A stretch of 64,000 nt of DNA from Girardia tigrina (lineage: Eukaryota): assembly GCA_001938485.1 (NCBI GenBank), contig MQRK01183933.1, positions 23,681 to 87,680 of the forward strand. Reading direction: 5' to 3'. The notes under the pieces were generated by a model. That model ran no database searches. It had not been told where the DNA came from and saw only the letters and a list, made by a program, of their open reading frames with translations. Shown piece by piece: positions 1 through 13,724 of this stretch (its first letter is position 1; every line of letters starts with the position of its first letter). The position numbers and the translations under genes were made by a program.

Positions 1-83
1 GTAGCTTCTGCCATGTCTACCAGCAAAAATAAAATTATGTAATTATAACACACAAAAAGATATGGTGTCTATATTACGTGTTC

Positions 84-356
84 TCAAATAGCTGCCGCAC
101 CCTGTATATACATATATAAGGGTGTATTACCTTTCAAATATAAAGGTAATCTTTGAATTATGACTCTGTCTGTCCATCCATAAGCGGAAGCATACATATA
201 GTAGTCTGTCATAAAATCGACAAATTCGATAGGATCTCCCCCATATTGATTAACTGGCAATCTCTGAAAGCTTGAAAAATCATTATTTACCTCTCGATTT
301 TCCTCCATCATTTTCTCTTTTTCGAATTTCTTGCTTCTTAAATTATATTTCGTCAC
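84..356 (-). pseudogene. gag: Gypsy-type LTR retrotransposon gag, N-terminal remnant
   Basis: YGGDPIEFVDFMTDYYMYASAYGWTDRVIIQRLPLYLKG resembles retrotransposon gag (F..F..Y....GW......LP.YL.G); lies just downstream of a PBS and LTR on the same strand. Confidence 0.75.
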
Positions 357-470
357 TTTTTCGGATTAATTTCTTTGAAATAAAACAAGGAATTGGATTG
401 ATATTTTGATTTGCTTTGAAAAATTATTGCACAAATATTTCGAATTTTCAGTAAAATCTTCAATTGAATC

Positions 471-488
471 CGAGCGAAGGGCTCACCA
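471..488 (-). promoter_or_regulatory. primer-binding site of LTR retrotransposon
   Basis: Minus strand reads TGGTGAGCCCTTCGCTCG about 9 nt after the LTR end; cognate tRNA not identified. Confidence 0.6.
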
Positions 489-497
489 AATATATTA

Positions 498-2038
498 TGT
501 TGAGTATTTAATTTAAATTTGATTTTGAACACAAAAATCAGAAGGATTTGTTTGGTGTTCGGCGCTCAATAATCTGACCCAACGTTTAATCTCGATGAAC
601 TCTTTGACTCCAATAAATAACAAAACTTTTTTCAATAATCGTTTATTTCAATATACAATTACAATCTTGAGCAAAGGTTTATACAACTTTTGAATGATTG
701 GAGGCGAGAATATAAGGTGCTATACAGTTTGGAAACAAATTTTTAAAATCCTATACAGGAATCTTATATTAAATTTTTTTTTGCTTTTAGTTTCTAATTT
801 TTTTGTAAAATTATTGCTCTATTTATATTAGGGCTAAATATATATATATATATTTTTAATTAATATTTTTTTTAAATTAAATATAATAAATATTTTTTTT
901 TTAAAAAAAATAATATTGATTTCGGCCATAAATTATTTAACGATGCCATTAAAGTAATTTATCATTCATTTTCATTTTTAAGGCCATTAAGGCCGACAAT
1001 TTGACAGGCCACTAAGGCCATTAATTATTATTCAGTTAGGCCATTTAGGCCGATTCAATTTTATTTTGAAGAATGGCCTTGTGAGGAATATTTTAAATCT
1101 GGTATGTTGAAATTGGTTTGTTGAATTTTGTGTGTTGAGTTTAGTATTTGGAAATGTGTTTCTCCCACCCGGATGGAAAATTGATATTTTAGATGTTCAC
1201 GATAAATAATTATTCGAGTATAATTTATATAATTTATATTTTAAAGTACAACATAAGATATTTAAAAACANNNNNNNNNNNNNNNNNNNNNNNNNNNNNN
1301 NNNNNNNNNNNNNNNNNNNNAAATTATCAATTTAGAACGATGTCGAACGACGAGAGTTTTGCTGAGAGTTGTCCAAAAGACAATTCTGATTGTAATGAAA
1401 ATAAAAGTTTGAAAAGCCATGTTGGTGTTCTTAATAGGCCTAATGACCGATTATGATTAGTCGACTGAGTCGACTTTTATTTCCTTTCAATAGGAAAATA
1501 TTTCCCAGAATTTTATTATTTGGTTTCACAAAACTGAGGTTAGATTTTTTTATTTTATTTTTTTTAATATTTTTTTTATATATATTTTTTATATTTTATT
1601 TAAAAAAAAGACCCTAGGATCCCAAATTCGAAGTCAATCCGGGAATGAGGCGGTAGTTCCTCATTCCCAGGAATCATCGAAAGTGGATCCCGAAACATCC
1701 ATTCATTTTTCCTTGATTTAATCTTTTATACAATTCCTTTTCTTATATAATTTTCAGGCAACATTACAGGCCCCCAAAATTCAGCACCATTCCGGGGGAT
1801 GAGACGTAATAATCTCTCATTCCCAGAAATGACCGAAAGAGGAGCCTCAGGCTTCTAAAAAAATTCAAATTCATTTTATAAATACTTTAAAAATATTTTT
1901 AAAAATATTATTTTTATTATTTACCAAAAACTACTACAGAGTTACCACCGACTACCGTACGGCATTTATATATAATTTTATACAACCGTATGGTATATAT
2001 TTATATATACATATAATTTTATACACAAGATCTCAACA
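498..2038 (-). mobile_element. 5' LTR of the Gypsy element (~1.2 kb after removing a nested solo LTR)
   Basis: 7-bp inverted termini TGTTGAG (498) / CTCAACA (2038); TATAAATAG (~825) and AATAAA (~645) on minus strand; followed by PBS and gag. Confidence 0.7.
1080..1436 (+). mobile_element. nested short solo LTR (TGTGAGG...TTAATA family)
   Basis: 5-bp TSD GGCCT at 1075-1079 and 1437-1441; starts TG; AATAAA near 1400; diverged copies at 24220-24543 and 24665-25133. Confidence 0.7.
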
Positions 2039-3063
2039 AAAAATATTTCTTTAACACAAAATTTATAAAATTAGATAGAAATAGAACTAGAACAATACCT
2101 TCCGTTCAGTGAAACTGAAATAAAATGAAAAATAAAATATTACTTCGATTTATTAAAAGAAAAGTCAAATGAAAGTATGGAAAGTATAAATTTTGAACTG
2201 AGCTTTGAACTACAATCGGACCTTAGAAACAGATCAAACTATTTCATAAATTCAATTTCTGCATCACTTAATAGTACAATAGTGGTTTTTAAAATTAAAA
2301 AAATAATTCTTAATAAAATTATTATATTTATATTTAAGTTCTGTATGACAAATAATCTTTAAGTCAACATCTCAGACAAAAAAAAACTTATTACATTAAA
2401 GTAAATTTATCTTATTTATTGTCAAGGGAGTTCACTATTTTTGTATATTTCAAGTGTACTTTTTATTTCCAAGTCAAAGAGAAAAATTTCTATTCTTCAG
2501 TTTTTTAGAAAAAGAAAAAGACAAATTTTTGAAAAATAAAATTTAAATAAGAAACAAATTATATTATAAAATCAGAGATGGTGAAACAAAATATTCTAAA
2601 ATTAAATTAAAATAAATATAAAAAAATTATCATACAAAATTTAAAGTTATTTTAATTAAAAATAAAAGAAAATAAATAATTTAAATATGCTGTTACAAAT
2701 AAATATTATTTTTTTTTCTTTCAGTTTTTATTGAATTGAAAGTGACAGTTAATGATTATTTTGTCATTGATAATAATTTATAGTCAAAAATCTTTTTTGA
2801 TATTTGAATTTTTAATATTTTATTGAAATAAGTTTTTTTTAAAATAATTTTCTTCGCCTTAGCTTATTTTTAACTTAATATTGTTCGGTAGAAGAAACTC
2901 ATTTTTAATTAAATTATTTTATTTTGCTTGATCTGTCAAACCTCATGTTATGAAAAAGGTTTACTGTTTGGAGTTGTCAGTTCAATATAATAAAAAATTC
3001 TCTTTTTAATAAAACATTGTTGCGATTGAAAATTTTCGTACATAATGCATAAATTTATTTTTA

Positions 3064-4353
3064 CAGTGATCAGTAGATAGCAAGTAGAGCTTCCGTTTCT
3101 TTAGCCATACTCAGCATCCCTGGAAAAGGATGTAACCTCTAATAGCAAGTCTTATTCTCCGAAATATTAATTTACAAAATATTATATTTGTTTAAAATAA
3201 TCTTGTTTCAAAATACAATTTAACATCACATGTAATTTATAGCACGATGACACTGTTCTCATGAAAATTCCTCAGAAAAAGCTCTTGATGGATCGCTTTG
3301 ATACGACTTGAAACTTTACTGAAGCAGCATTAAAATAAAATATACAAAGCTTAAAGTAAATTCCCAATGAAACACATATAAAAAAACAACGATCGAGCTA
3401 TCTTGCGAAAGAACTAAATTTCATAGAAAAAGATATTTAGCAAATAATTCATCTGTGTAATTATTGTCAAACTATAGACCTAGCTTTCATTTAATGGAAA
3501 ATAATAATCTTGAAGATCTGAAATTTGGGTACGAATAGATATTGGTGTTACGAATTTACTGGATATTTAATTTCTTACAATTATTGATTGTGGATAGTCA
3601 ATGTTTTGAAAAATCTCAATTTTTCAATCGATTAACGATGAAAATTTTCTTAGTAACCTGATATTCTATGATGAGTCAACTTTCCATCTTAACGACGTTG
3701 TAAACATACATAACTGTCGCATTTGGGGCACTGCAACACCAACCGAAACATATCAGAGGTCACAGGCTAGTGAAAAAGTTAATGTTTGGATGGGGTTGTC
3801 TTCAACTCGTGTTTATGGGTCCATTTTTATTGAAGGAAACATAACAGCGGTGCTTTAGCTGGATATGTTAAAAAGTTGCTTTATGCCATCGTTATCAAAA
3901 CATGCAGACGAAAAGCTGTGTTCCAGAAAAATGAAGCACCTGCCCATTATTCACTGATTGTGCGACAATTTCTGGATGAAGCATTTCCACAACGTTGGCT
4001 GAGACGATGTGGTCCATATGTTTGGCCGATCAGGTCACCTGATTTGACACCACACGATTTTTCGTGTTTAAGTATTTGAAAAATGAAGTGTATAAGAGAA
4101 AACCAGAAACAATTCAGTAACTTAAAGATTTTATTTGTCAATAAGCAGCAAAAATAGATGGTGAAATGTGCCAAAATGTCATTAAGTCATTTCATGGACA
4201 CCTTAAACATTGTATTGATGTCGATGGTTATTCTGTTGAAATTTATTAAATTTTAATAAATGCTTTTTTGTTATTTAAAACTATATTTTCATAATGTTTC
4301 GCAAAAAAAGTTATTGCAGTTTAAACCCCGTTAGTTACTTTATGATCACCCTG
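3064..4353 (+). mobile_element. degenerate Tc1/mariner element, DD41D (rosa/Visitor-like)
   Basis: Broken frames IFYDESTFHLNDVVNIHNCRIWG, KVNVWMGLS, FQKNEAPAH...WPIRSPDLTPHDF with 41-residue spacing; right end TGATCACCCTG+TA; left end degenerate. Confidence 0.75.
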
Positions 4354-5059
4354 TATATAAAAACTGTTCAAATCTCTATTAATCAGCTGCTAGCTAAGTT
4401 CAAAGTGTGAGTTCAAAAAAGAGGCTTAATAATTCGGCAACAGATAAGCAATAGTTATCAATGAGGTCCTCTTTTTGAGTCATATTACTGACTTTAGACC
4501 ACAGTTTAAAGTGAACGTTTCAATTTCATAAGGGGGAATTGAATGTTTGAGAACACTAACCTGAAAGTTATATATTATCGTGATTATATTTTGTGGGATG
4601 GTTTGGATTCTTAAGAATTAAGAGATGTATAATTTTTTAATTGTAGTTATTGTAAGCTAAACTTATTTTTTAATTCAGTAATCGGGAAAACTTGTATTGC
4701 ACGCATGTGATGTATTATATTTGTTAAATAGTTGACTTTTTATATTACACCGTATTTTAATTGCATTTTATTAATTATTACATAGTTTAAAGATCTTGTA
4801 ATGATTAAACTCAATTTATAAACTTAATTTATAAACATTAAATTTTTAATTTGTTGTTTTAATTTATTCTCTGAATCTTAAATTTCATTTTTTCAAAAAT
4901 ATTTAGTTATTTTGTAATTCCTTTAGTTCTTGTGTTTTATTGGGAGAGTTACCACCGAGGCCCTAACCCAATAATCGCTCAGATATGAATAAGTATATTA
5001 AAAATTATTAAAAGATTTTATTAAAAAACAAAAGTCATCCATTTCAAGATATAAGTATG

Positions 5060-5400
5060 ATGCAAAACGTTTCGACGGATCAATCGTCATCTCCAGGTCA
5101 CTTTTTAATAATTTAATTCACTTGATTATAAATGAAAAAATAATGATAATATAATCGATTATATGAAATCACGCTAATCAAAAGTTCTCAATGAGCTGGT
5201 TAAGACTCTGATTTTAGGTCAAAATGACCTAGTTAATAATTCTTCACATGACGCTCTCCTAATTATCAATATTAATACCACATTTACGTTTTTTCCTATG
5301 TTCTGCAGTGTTACTCTTATTCGCTGTTTGATAGTGTTCTTGAATTCGCTTACAGAGATGATGGGAAGTAACTTCAATTTATGCGGTATCGTACCAATTA
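5060..5400 (-). mobile_element. Penelope-like element 3' remnant (GIY-YIG endonuclease plus hammerhead)
   Basis: Frameshifted IEVTSHHLCKRIQEH...TAEHRKKRKCGINID...SCEELLTRSF, homologous to ORF 38552-38782; followed by hammerhead-like motif. Confidence 0.65.
5063..5101 (-). ncRNA. degenerate minimal type I hammerhead ribozyme
   Basis: GTGAC-CTGGAGA-T-GACGA-TTGAT-CCGTC-GAAA-CGTT; core A6 mutated, stems imperfect. Confidence 0.55.
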
Positions 5401-6529
5401 TATTTATATTCATAAATCAATGAATGTATTTGAAATTTCATGACATCATGATGTGATTTTTGTAATTTAATTTATTATTAGTTGCTTATAACAATGCATT
5501 TTAAAGTTTTTAAATCCTTCGGAATAAGGTACAATGAAGTAATGTTTTTGCATATTATTAATCTCTATTACTTAAAATTCTTTCTTAGAACCATCGAGAG
5601 AAATAAAAAATTTGGTTTTCAGAATTATTTTTCAAACGTATTTTATCCACTTTTTTATTTATTAATTTTTAAAAAAAGGATTTAAAATAACCATTTTGAT
5701 TTAAAAAGAAACTTAGTTTATTACTACTTACTACATATATAGAAAAGTTAAAGAAAAAGACCTGGAGCGAAAGACCAGAAGATGATGGTAAATCTATCGA
5801 AATATATTGTCTGTAAATATATTGTGAAATAGATGAGTTTTGTTTTTAATAAAAAAATTTCATCCAGATTGAATCTTATCAAAAGATTTTATATTTCTTA
5901 TTTCAATAAATGTTTTGGTAGCTATGATTACAAATTATTAATGTCCATACTAAATTTTTTATTAAGAAATTTGTCTCTCGAAGATACATTCCTTATGAGT
6001 ATTGTTCCTTCTAAGCTTTTGCCAATTGTGTGCTCAATTTTTTTGAGTGTGCAAATTTTTTCATAATCAAAACATTTGTGCTACAATTTAAAAAGTGCAT
6101 ATATTAAAAAAACAAGAATATTATTTATATCCATCCAAATTTTCTATCTACTTATACAAATCGATTTTATCTTACAACATATCGTTTATACTACAAATAA
6201 CAGGATGTAACACAATAAAAATCTACTATCAAACCAAATTAAATAATTAGTTCTTGAGGATAGAATTTTACTCATTACTATGACTTTTCTTTTCTAATTA
6301 AATGAACAATAAGAAAATTTAAATATTTACAATGTTAAAATATTGTTTGAATCTTATATTTTAAATAAACATTATTTTCAAATGAAACAAAAAAGAACAA
6401 TAATTCACAATTAATATTAAGGGATATCATACAAAATATTGATTATATTTTTTGAACATTACTATAGAGTTCTAGTCATCATTTTCCTGTATATTTTCCT
6501 GTATATGCTGAACTATATTTTTAATAAAA

Positions 6530-6735
6530 CTGTGCTTATCATTTTGAGCTGCACAAAAAATGCTTTTTGTTTGGATTTTTGAAAATAGGTAAAGTTGTAT
6601 AAAAACTATTAATGAATTTGGAAATTACGATAAAAAATGAACAAAACTATATATAAACTGTTATTATTATTATGTCTTTTAAGCAACATTTAAAAAATTT
6701 GAAAAAAATGCTGTCCTTATCATTTTGAGCGCTAC

Positions 6736-6737
<2 letters not shown>
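6530..6737. mobile_element. isolated Tc1-type IR/DR terminal repeat
   Basis: Two direct repeats CTTATCATTTTGAGC (~6535, ~6717), ending GCTACTG+TA at a (TA)n tract; same architecture as the TIR of 42887-45083. Confidence 0.5.

Positions 6738-6784
<47 letters not shown>
6738..6784. repeat. (TA)n microsatellite
   Basis: Directly visible; similar tracts at ~10489-10552, 10713-10774, 19211-19249, 36329-36369 and around 60172-60240. Confidence 0.95.
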
Positions 6785-6789
<5 letters not shown>

Positions 6790-8679
6790 CGCTTAAAGTA
6801 AAATAGTATCTTTCTTAATTTTTCTTATTGGAGAACCTTTTCCATAATATATTAAAATGTATTTATTACATTACCAGGAGGAATCATGGTCAACACAGAA
6901 GGGTAACGATTAGTCATTCTTAGTTTATCATTTGTTTCACAACCATTTTTCAGTCCAAGATGCTGTACCTGACGAATACCACTTTGATAAAGATGAAAAT
7001 AACATTCTATTAAGTTTGCATTTGGAAAGGTAATCTGAAATCAACATGAATACGTTCAGGTGAATCAAATGAAATCATAGACTTTTATAAATTAAAATTT
7101 TATCTTACCGAAGCTTTTTTCCTTATCAGACAATAAATTTTAGCTGGATCAATTCCCAATGCAAGTTCTAATTGATACTTCTATGATACTGTATAAATGA
7201 AAAGATTTGTACGGATAGCCTTAACAGTACCATCTGTCAGTCACAATATTGCTCTCCAGTCAATTTAAAGATTCAAGCATTTTCAGGTCTTTAATCATAA
7301 TAAATAGTTTGAATAAACATCGGGAATTTCGAAAAATTAATTTTAAGGTGATGGTGTATGGCTTATCTATTGATAAATTGACTGCTTTTTTCTAGTTACA
7401 TTTTTTTAACTGAATTTATTTTTAAGGAATTTAATAAAATTCCTGCTTTCCTTTCTTTACTATAATACCTATAACAACAGTGGTACTTGCCGAAAGATTA
7501 ATTGTCTGTTTTTATCTCTTCAACAGTATTTTTGCAAAAATAGTGTCCTTTTTTACCCCTTAGTTATGCTTTTGATCCACAGAATTCATTACATTAACGT
7601 TTAATGTGATAAAAGAAGCTGAACACTTCTATTATTTATATAGCTTGCACCCCCAATAAACATTACCGTTCCATTATTATTCTGTGCTTTACAAATTCAA
7701 AAAATGATGAGGATTTTCCTTTTTTTCGTTTTTCCGTATGTAATAGAAATAATCATCTATATTAATATCATTGAAAAAACATCATCTTTGTAATTTATAT
7801 CACACAAAAGGATTAAAATAATCCTTTTATATTTAAATCTTTAAGAAAATATATATAATGATAAATATATTATAATATAGTATTTTATATTTTACAAAAT
7901 GTTGAAAAATTCCTATTTTAGCATAAATGTCTAAAAAGAAAATACTTACAAAAATTAAATAAAATATTTGTAAAAAAAACAATTTGTTAATTATTAGTAG
8001 TTGATATTTAATGTAACAAATTTTGTACAGTCTCTATTTGTATCTATTTAATTATTATTATTTTATTATTGTAATGATATTTTTTTAAAAAATAAGTTAC
8101 AATAGAAAAAACGAAATATGAAGTCGCATCTAGAATCTTGCTGAAAAATAAATATATTATAAATTATTTAAATATTTTTCTAAAAAGAATATAATTAGAC
8201 TAACTTTACATAATGCTAATAAAAAATGAAAATTATATAAAACAGTAAATATTTTTTATTATATAAAAATTATTGATATTTGATATCTGAGACTGTTATA
8301 TTTATTTTTTTTAATAAAAGAAAATTAATTATTCCGACATATATTCATCCAACTATTCGATTCAGGTTAGTGAGATAGAAAAAGAGATACGACTCAAATA
8401 AGTACTGCTAATGAGTATGAAAAAGTAAAAGTAACAAATTATAATAATTATAATTGTAATACGCAATTATATAATAATAATTTGTTTCCTCTTTCGAAAA
8501 AAAGTTATTTTAAGTTATTTTTCAGAAATAATATAATTTTATCATTTATTTAGAGTTATTTCATTGTATAATTGTTTAAATAGAAAAATAATTTTCAATT
8601 AAAAATTTTATTGTGATAAATAAAACAACAATAATTTATAAAAAAAGGTTATTTTGTAAAACTGGAAAAAGGAAAAATA

Positions 8680-9885
8680 TTAGGTTGTCTTAAAAGTTCA
8701 CGGTCAAAAATGAAAATACAATTTGTTAAAAAATTTCTTTTTGGCATTATTTATTTGATATTGATATATATCGATTTATTTATAGCATTATATGGTTCCA
8801 CCACTAAAAGATTACAAAGCTTGAAATCACTATTGCGTCACTATGGGAAGAAAGGCTTGATAACACGAGGTGCTGCCAAGGCAATTTGTAAAGTTTCAGG
8901 TACACAAACGGTCGGAAAAAGTACGGCAATTGATTGGTTCAAGCGTTTCAATAATGGCAACTTTGACTTGAATGACAGTCCTCGTTCTGGACGACTAACA
9001 AAATTGGATAACGATGACTTGCAAGCAGAGTTGTACATGAAACCTTTGTCAAGCACTCGCGATTTGGCATTTAAACTTGGAGTTGGCAAGTCAACCATAC
9101 ATTGTCATTTGAAGCAGCTCGACTTTTTGCACAAGAAACCGCGTCAGGATCCACACGAACTCACCAAAGCATAGGTCGATAAAAGAGTCCAAATTTACCG
9201 ACAACTGCTACAGAATCCACGAGATGACCGCTTTTGGAAACGAATTGTGACGTCGGACGACAAGTAAGTCTACTTGTTCAAACACAACCGGGTCAAGCAA
9301 TGCCGTCAGTTCCAAAACAAGATCGATTTTGCTTGAAAATCATGTTATGCGTTTGGTGGAACTTTGAGGGAGTCGTGTACTTTGAGTTGCTTCAGAACGG
9401 CCAGGCCATCAATGCAGAGCTCCATTGTCAACAGCTGGACAGTGTCTACAAGAAGCTCAAGGAGAAGTACCCTGCCTAATCAACCGAAAACGTTCACTGC
9501 TTCATCAAGAAAATGCCAAGGCGCACACCGCCAAGAGACCACGGGCAGGTTTCAAGAATTGGATGTAGTCAAAATTCTGCCGCATCCTGTTTGCAGCCCT
9601 GATTGCACTCCATCCGACTATGGCCTATTCCGATCCATTCAACACTTTTTGAAAGGCCACCGATTTGAAGCATTCAAGAAAGTTGAACAAGCATGTCAAG
9701 AGTTTTTCAATTCGAAGCAGCCAGAATGGTGCTTGGACCAGATCCAAAAGCTTGCAGACCGTTAGCAGACATTAGTCGAAAACGATGGACTGTACTTTGA
9801 AGATTAATTGTTATTTATTTAAAATAAATTCTTGCACAAAAATTGTATTTTTCATTCTTGACTGGGAACTTTTAGGACAACCTAA
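8680..9885 (+). mobile_element. mariner element, defective transposase
   Basis: TIRs TTAGGTTGTCTTAAAAGTTC / GAACTTTTAGGACAACCTAA, TA flanks; PRSGR, DPHELT, RIVTSDDK, WWNFEGV, PHPVCSPDCTPSDYGLF; stops and frameshifts. Confidence 0.95.
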
Positions 9886-10498
9886 TATGAAAAATTTGTT
9901 TTTGAAGCATAATCTCTTCTGTATTATTCTTTATTCCTATTTTATTCTTCTATATAATCACCCAAGGGGATACCAACGACATCCACACGAATCTGGACCG
10001 TTGACTACAACTCACATTCGATCATGTTGTTATAAGCTTTTAATACATGTGTCATGTCAGATTTGTATTTCTTTGATTTATATGTTTTTTATGTCTGATT
10101 AATATTTATACTGAGTTTCCGACCGTAACAAAAGAAGAAGGTAAAATTACTATGACATTTTGTAATCAATTTATTAGTAAATATTTAAATCTTTTGTAGA
10201 AGGGTAATTTCATTCGAAAAAAAATTTAGAACTCCATTTTGCAATTAAATATTTACTAATAGCATAATAAATTTATTATAAAGCATGGACGGATTAAAAC
10301 CAAAGCATTTCTATTTAATACAGTTTAAACATTTGTTGATAATTATAGAACGATTTTTTGCAAAAACATATTTTTTTGATTTCTTAGTTTGATCAAATGT
10401 TCACATTATCATTTATTGTCATCGAGAATGAGTAAGTGTGCAAAGTAAAAAGAAAATTGATTGAGTAAAGCCTTCAAAAATACACAGATATATATATA

Positions 10499-10553
<55 letters not shown>

Positions 10554-10565
10554 TTAATATATTTT

Positions 10566-10712
10566 AAATAACAATTAATCTTCAAAGTACAGTCCATCGT
10601 TTTCGACTAATGTCTGCTAATGGTCTGCAAGCTTTTGGATCTGGTCCAAGCACAATTCTGGCTGCTTCGAATTGAAGAACTCTTGACATGCTTGTTCAAC
10701 TTTCTTGAATGC
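10566..10712 (-). mobile_element. inverted near-identical fragment of the mariner at 9670-9816
   Basis: Reverse complement matches 9670-9816 with few mismatches; embedded between (TA)n tracts. Confidence 0.9.
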
Positions 10713-12349
10713 TATATATCTATATATATATCTATATATATCTATCTATCTATATATATATATATATATATATAGAAAGCAAGGTAATAAAAAGAATGGA
10801 AAAATAGATAGACAATAAAAATATATTATATTAAACCAATAATTAAATATTAAAAATATAGAACTAAAACATAAATAGATAAAATATATAAATTAAGTTT
10901 GTTTAGAAATAATTCAAATCAACTTGGTTAATAAATTAAATTGAAGAAATTTGTTTAGGAAAGTAATTTAATTGTAAAACCACTTGAGAACAGAAATTGA
11001 GTTGTCAGTTTCCAATGTATTTGATGTCAATTTCGCCAGTACAACAATTCATAGTTTTCATTCTTTAATTAAAATAAGAATATGTTTATTTTTCACTTTA
11101 TCCGTCAATGTTTAAACAAAAAAAACAATCAGATTTTTTTCAGTCCAAGTCAAATGTTTAAGAGGCCAAGCTTTCGACGAGGAAAATGGTACTATGTTTT
11201 CAAGCTACTACGAACAAGAAAAATATTATAAGTTTACAAAATGTTTAAAAGATGAAGCTTTATCTATCGAGTGATTTTCTGAGCATTAATGGCGAATAAT
11301 AAATACATCTTTTTATTATTTACTGCTAAATCATTTAATAAAGCATTTCTGTACAAGAATTTGTCTGGAAATAAGAATTTGGATTGACCTAACATTTGTA
11401 AAAAACGATTAAACGGTCTTACTAATTTAGTAGGCCATTACTGACACTAATGGTACCAATGATTTGTGGTCCATGTCGGCAAAATCAAAATGAATAAAAA
11501 TTATTAAATTTATACATCTAATTCAAAATTTAACATTGTTTATTTTTTCATTAACCTCAGCTAAACAAAAAAAACATATTTCGGAAATGATTTTTGTTAG
11601 TCTAATCGATTATTGACACTGCCCGAGTAATTGATGGGAAATGTGATTTGTTTATTTGTAATTAAGACAAAATATTATTATAATTGAATTTTGTAAATCT
11701 GTCAAGGATTTTATAAAAAGTAGCGTCAATGCACTAGTTAATAAGTAACATTTTATGGGTGAACCTGAAGGTGAAAATAAATATTATCCTTTAAATTTCG
11801 ACTATAAAAACCTCTTTTCTGTCAACTCACAACATGGAATTCATGTTCACTGAGAACGAGGATTTTGAGCTCATGAAAAATTATTATCATTCGATTTTTA
11901 ATGTGTCAATTATCGGAAGTTGACACTTAACAAACCAATGAAAGGGGTGTGAGATAAATAATGAAAAAATTGACTAGGTCATAAATTCGGCAATTGCACT
12001 ATTTCAGCAAACTGTTGCCGATTACACGAATTCGGCAATTACAAACATTCGGCATAACACACACACACACACATATATATATAAATATAAATTTATTCGT
12101 ATTCAATATAGAATACATTTTATTCAAAAAATCAAACTTATTTTGAATAGATACACCATTTCCTTTATAGAATTTTGAAATGCAAATTTCATGCTTTTTT
12201 AATTTTAAAAGTAATTTTTCATATATATTAATGTATATATATATATATAAATGTATATTGGTTAAAGGAAGAAATTTTTCAATTAATTTGGATGAATTAT
12301 GATAATGAATCAGACTTTAATGGATTCATGTTGCTCTTTATTGCCTATA

Positions 12350-12790
12350 TCCGAATAAATCGCGTACAGCATACAACAGACTTTAAGTAGAATTGAAACA
12401 TCTGATGCCGAACAGCAATCCACCAAAAAACATTACGAAAAACTCTGAAACCCAAGCAGGATAATACTAAGCCTTTGTAAAACACAACACTCATCCTTTT
12501 TTATGATAATGGCTTTGATTTAAAATCCGAGCGACGTTTCTGTGAACCTTTATTAATAAAACACTAAAACCCATTAAATAACAATGAAAATGAGCAAAGT
12601 AAAACCGTTTAAATTCTTAAAATCTTTCAATTAATAAAAAAAATAATTTTCCTTTAATATTCAATAATAGAATAATTATATTTTCAAATCTTTCATTTTA
12701 AAAAGATTATAAAATAAAAAATTAATTTTCAAATATTTCACAACATATAATTGATGACAATGAAGAGTGAAATATCGAAACATAACCGAT
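12350..12790 (+). mobile_element. decayed Penelope-like 3' remnant
   Basis: ERRFCEPLLIKH*NPLNN resembles the GIY-YIG C-terminus; TGAAGAGTGAAATATCGAAAC at 12761-12781 is a decayed hammerhead-like motif. Confidence 0.4.
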
Positions 12791-12999
12791 TTCTTAAAAA
12801 AGCTTTCACTAAATTATTTTTCACAAAATATCTTAAAAATAAAATTTTTTTTAATAGATAATACTAGAAAGAACTGAAAATTGCAGTTTGTTACCGCGAG
12901 CCATAAAATAATTTGAAGATCCTAAAATGTTCATGAAAAGAATTTTCTTATCTTAAAAGATATTCGAATAAAGTGTGATTTGTGAAACACTAAATTTAA

Positions 13000-13724
13000 C
13001 TAGAACAAGACCCATCATATATGACGGATGAGCTGAATTTTCGCCTTTGAAAGTTTCTGTTCAGACTTTTAAATCGTAATAATTATAATTTATAATTTAT
13101 TGTTTCGAATTCTGTGTGGATTTAACAGTCAGTTTATTAAGTCGGCTCTCGGAGCCTTTCGGCGAATACGCTGCACAGACAGAACCGTCTCGATGCGGGC
13201 TATGCAGCCTGACATCAACTTAACTCGGATTCCTTCCATGTTCCTCCACCATTTCGCATTTTATCAGCATATATATGATCATAGTAAAATTTCAGCTTGA
13301 CCGATAAGCCGTGATTCAGATGGTAACGAAATTTTGTAAATTGAAGCTAAATTGATTTTAAGACATATGAATAGTAAATCAGTGATAGAAATCATCATTT
13401 ATCAACGGAATCAATATGCTATTCCTATTGTCATAAATATTCTCATGAAATTCCTTGTATGAATCATCCAAAACAGCATTATTCGAAATCGGAGTTGATG
13501 TAACAATTTAACGACTTGCACGATTTTCGGTCGATTCCATCGGTTTCCCGGTGTCTTTTGGCAAAAGCTCTGAATTAACAAAACCATCACTATGCAGGCT
13601 ATCCAGATTGACTTCTTCCGTAAAAGGATTCGCTTCAGTTCCCCCACAATGTCACATTTTGATAATAGCGTGACGAGAAAGAAAGAAAGAAACAAACACA
13701 CTTTTTAGACAAATATTATATAGG
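13000..13724 (-). mobile_element. non-autonomous Helitron
   Basis: 5' A|CCTATATAAT with (CTTT)n tract; 3' hairpin ATCCGTCATATATGATGGGT then CTAG|T; homologous copy at 50003-51950. Confidence 0.75.

Noticed and set aside
498-1253. Shorter LTR ending at CAACA 1253
   Set aside because: That end falls inside the TSD-bounded nested LTR; 2038 gives a better 7-bp inverted match
1193-1456. ORF with an apparent in-frame paralog at ~25020-25170
   Set aside because: Both lie in copies of the same short LTR; the similarity is nucleotide-level and the ORF spans a gap
8841-9098. Antisense ORFs over transposases (also 17345-17716, 20596-20994, 51264-51509, 61656-61889)
   Set aside because: Shadows of the coding strand
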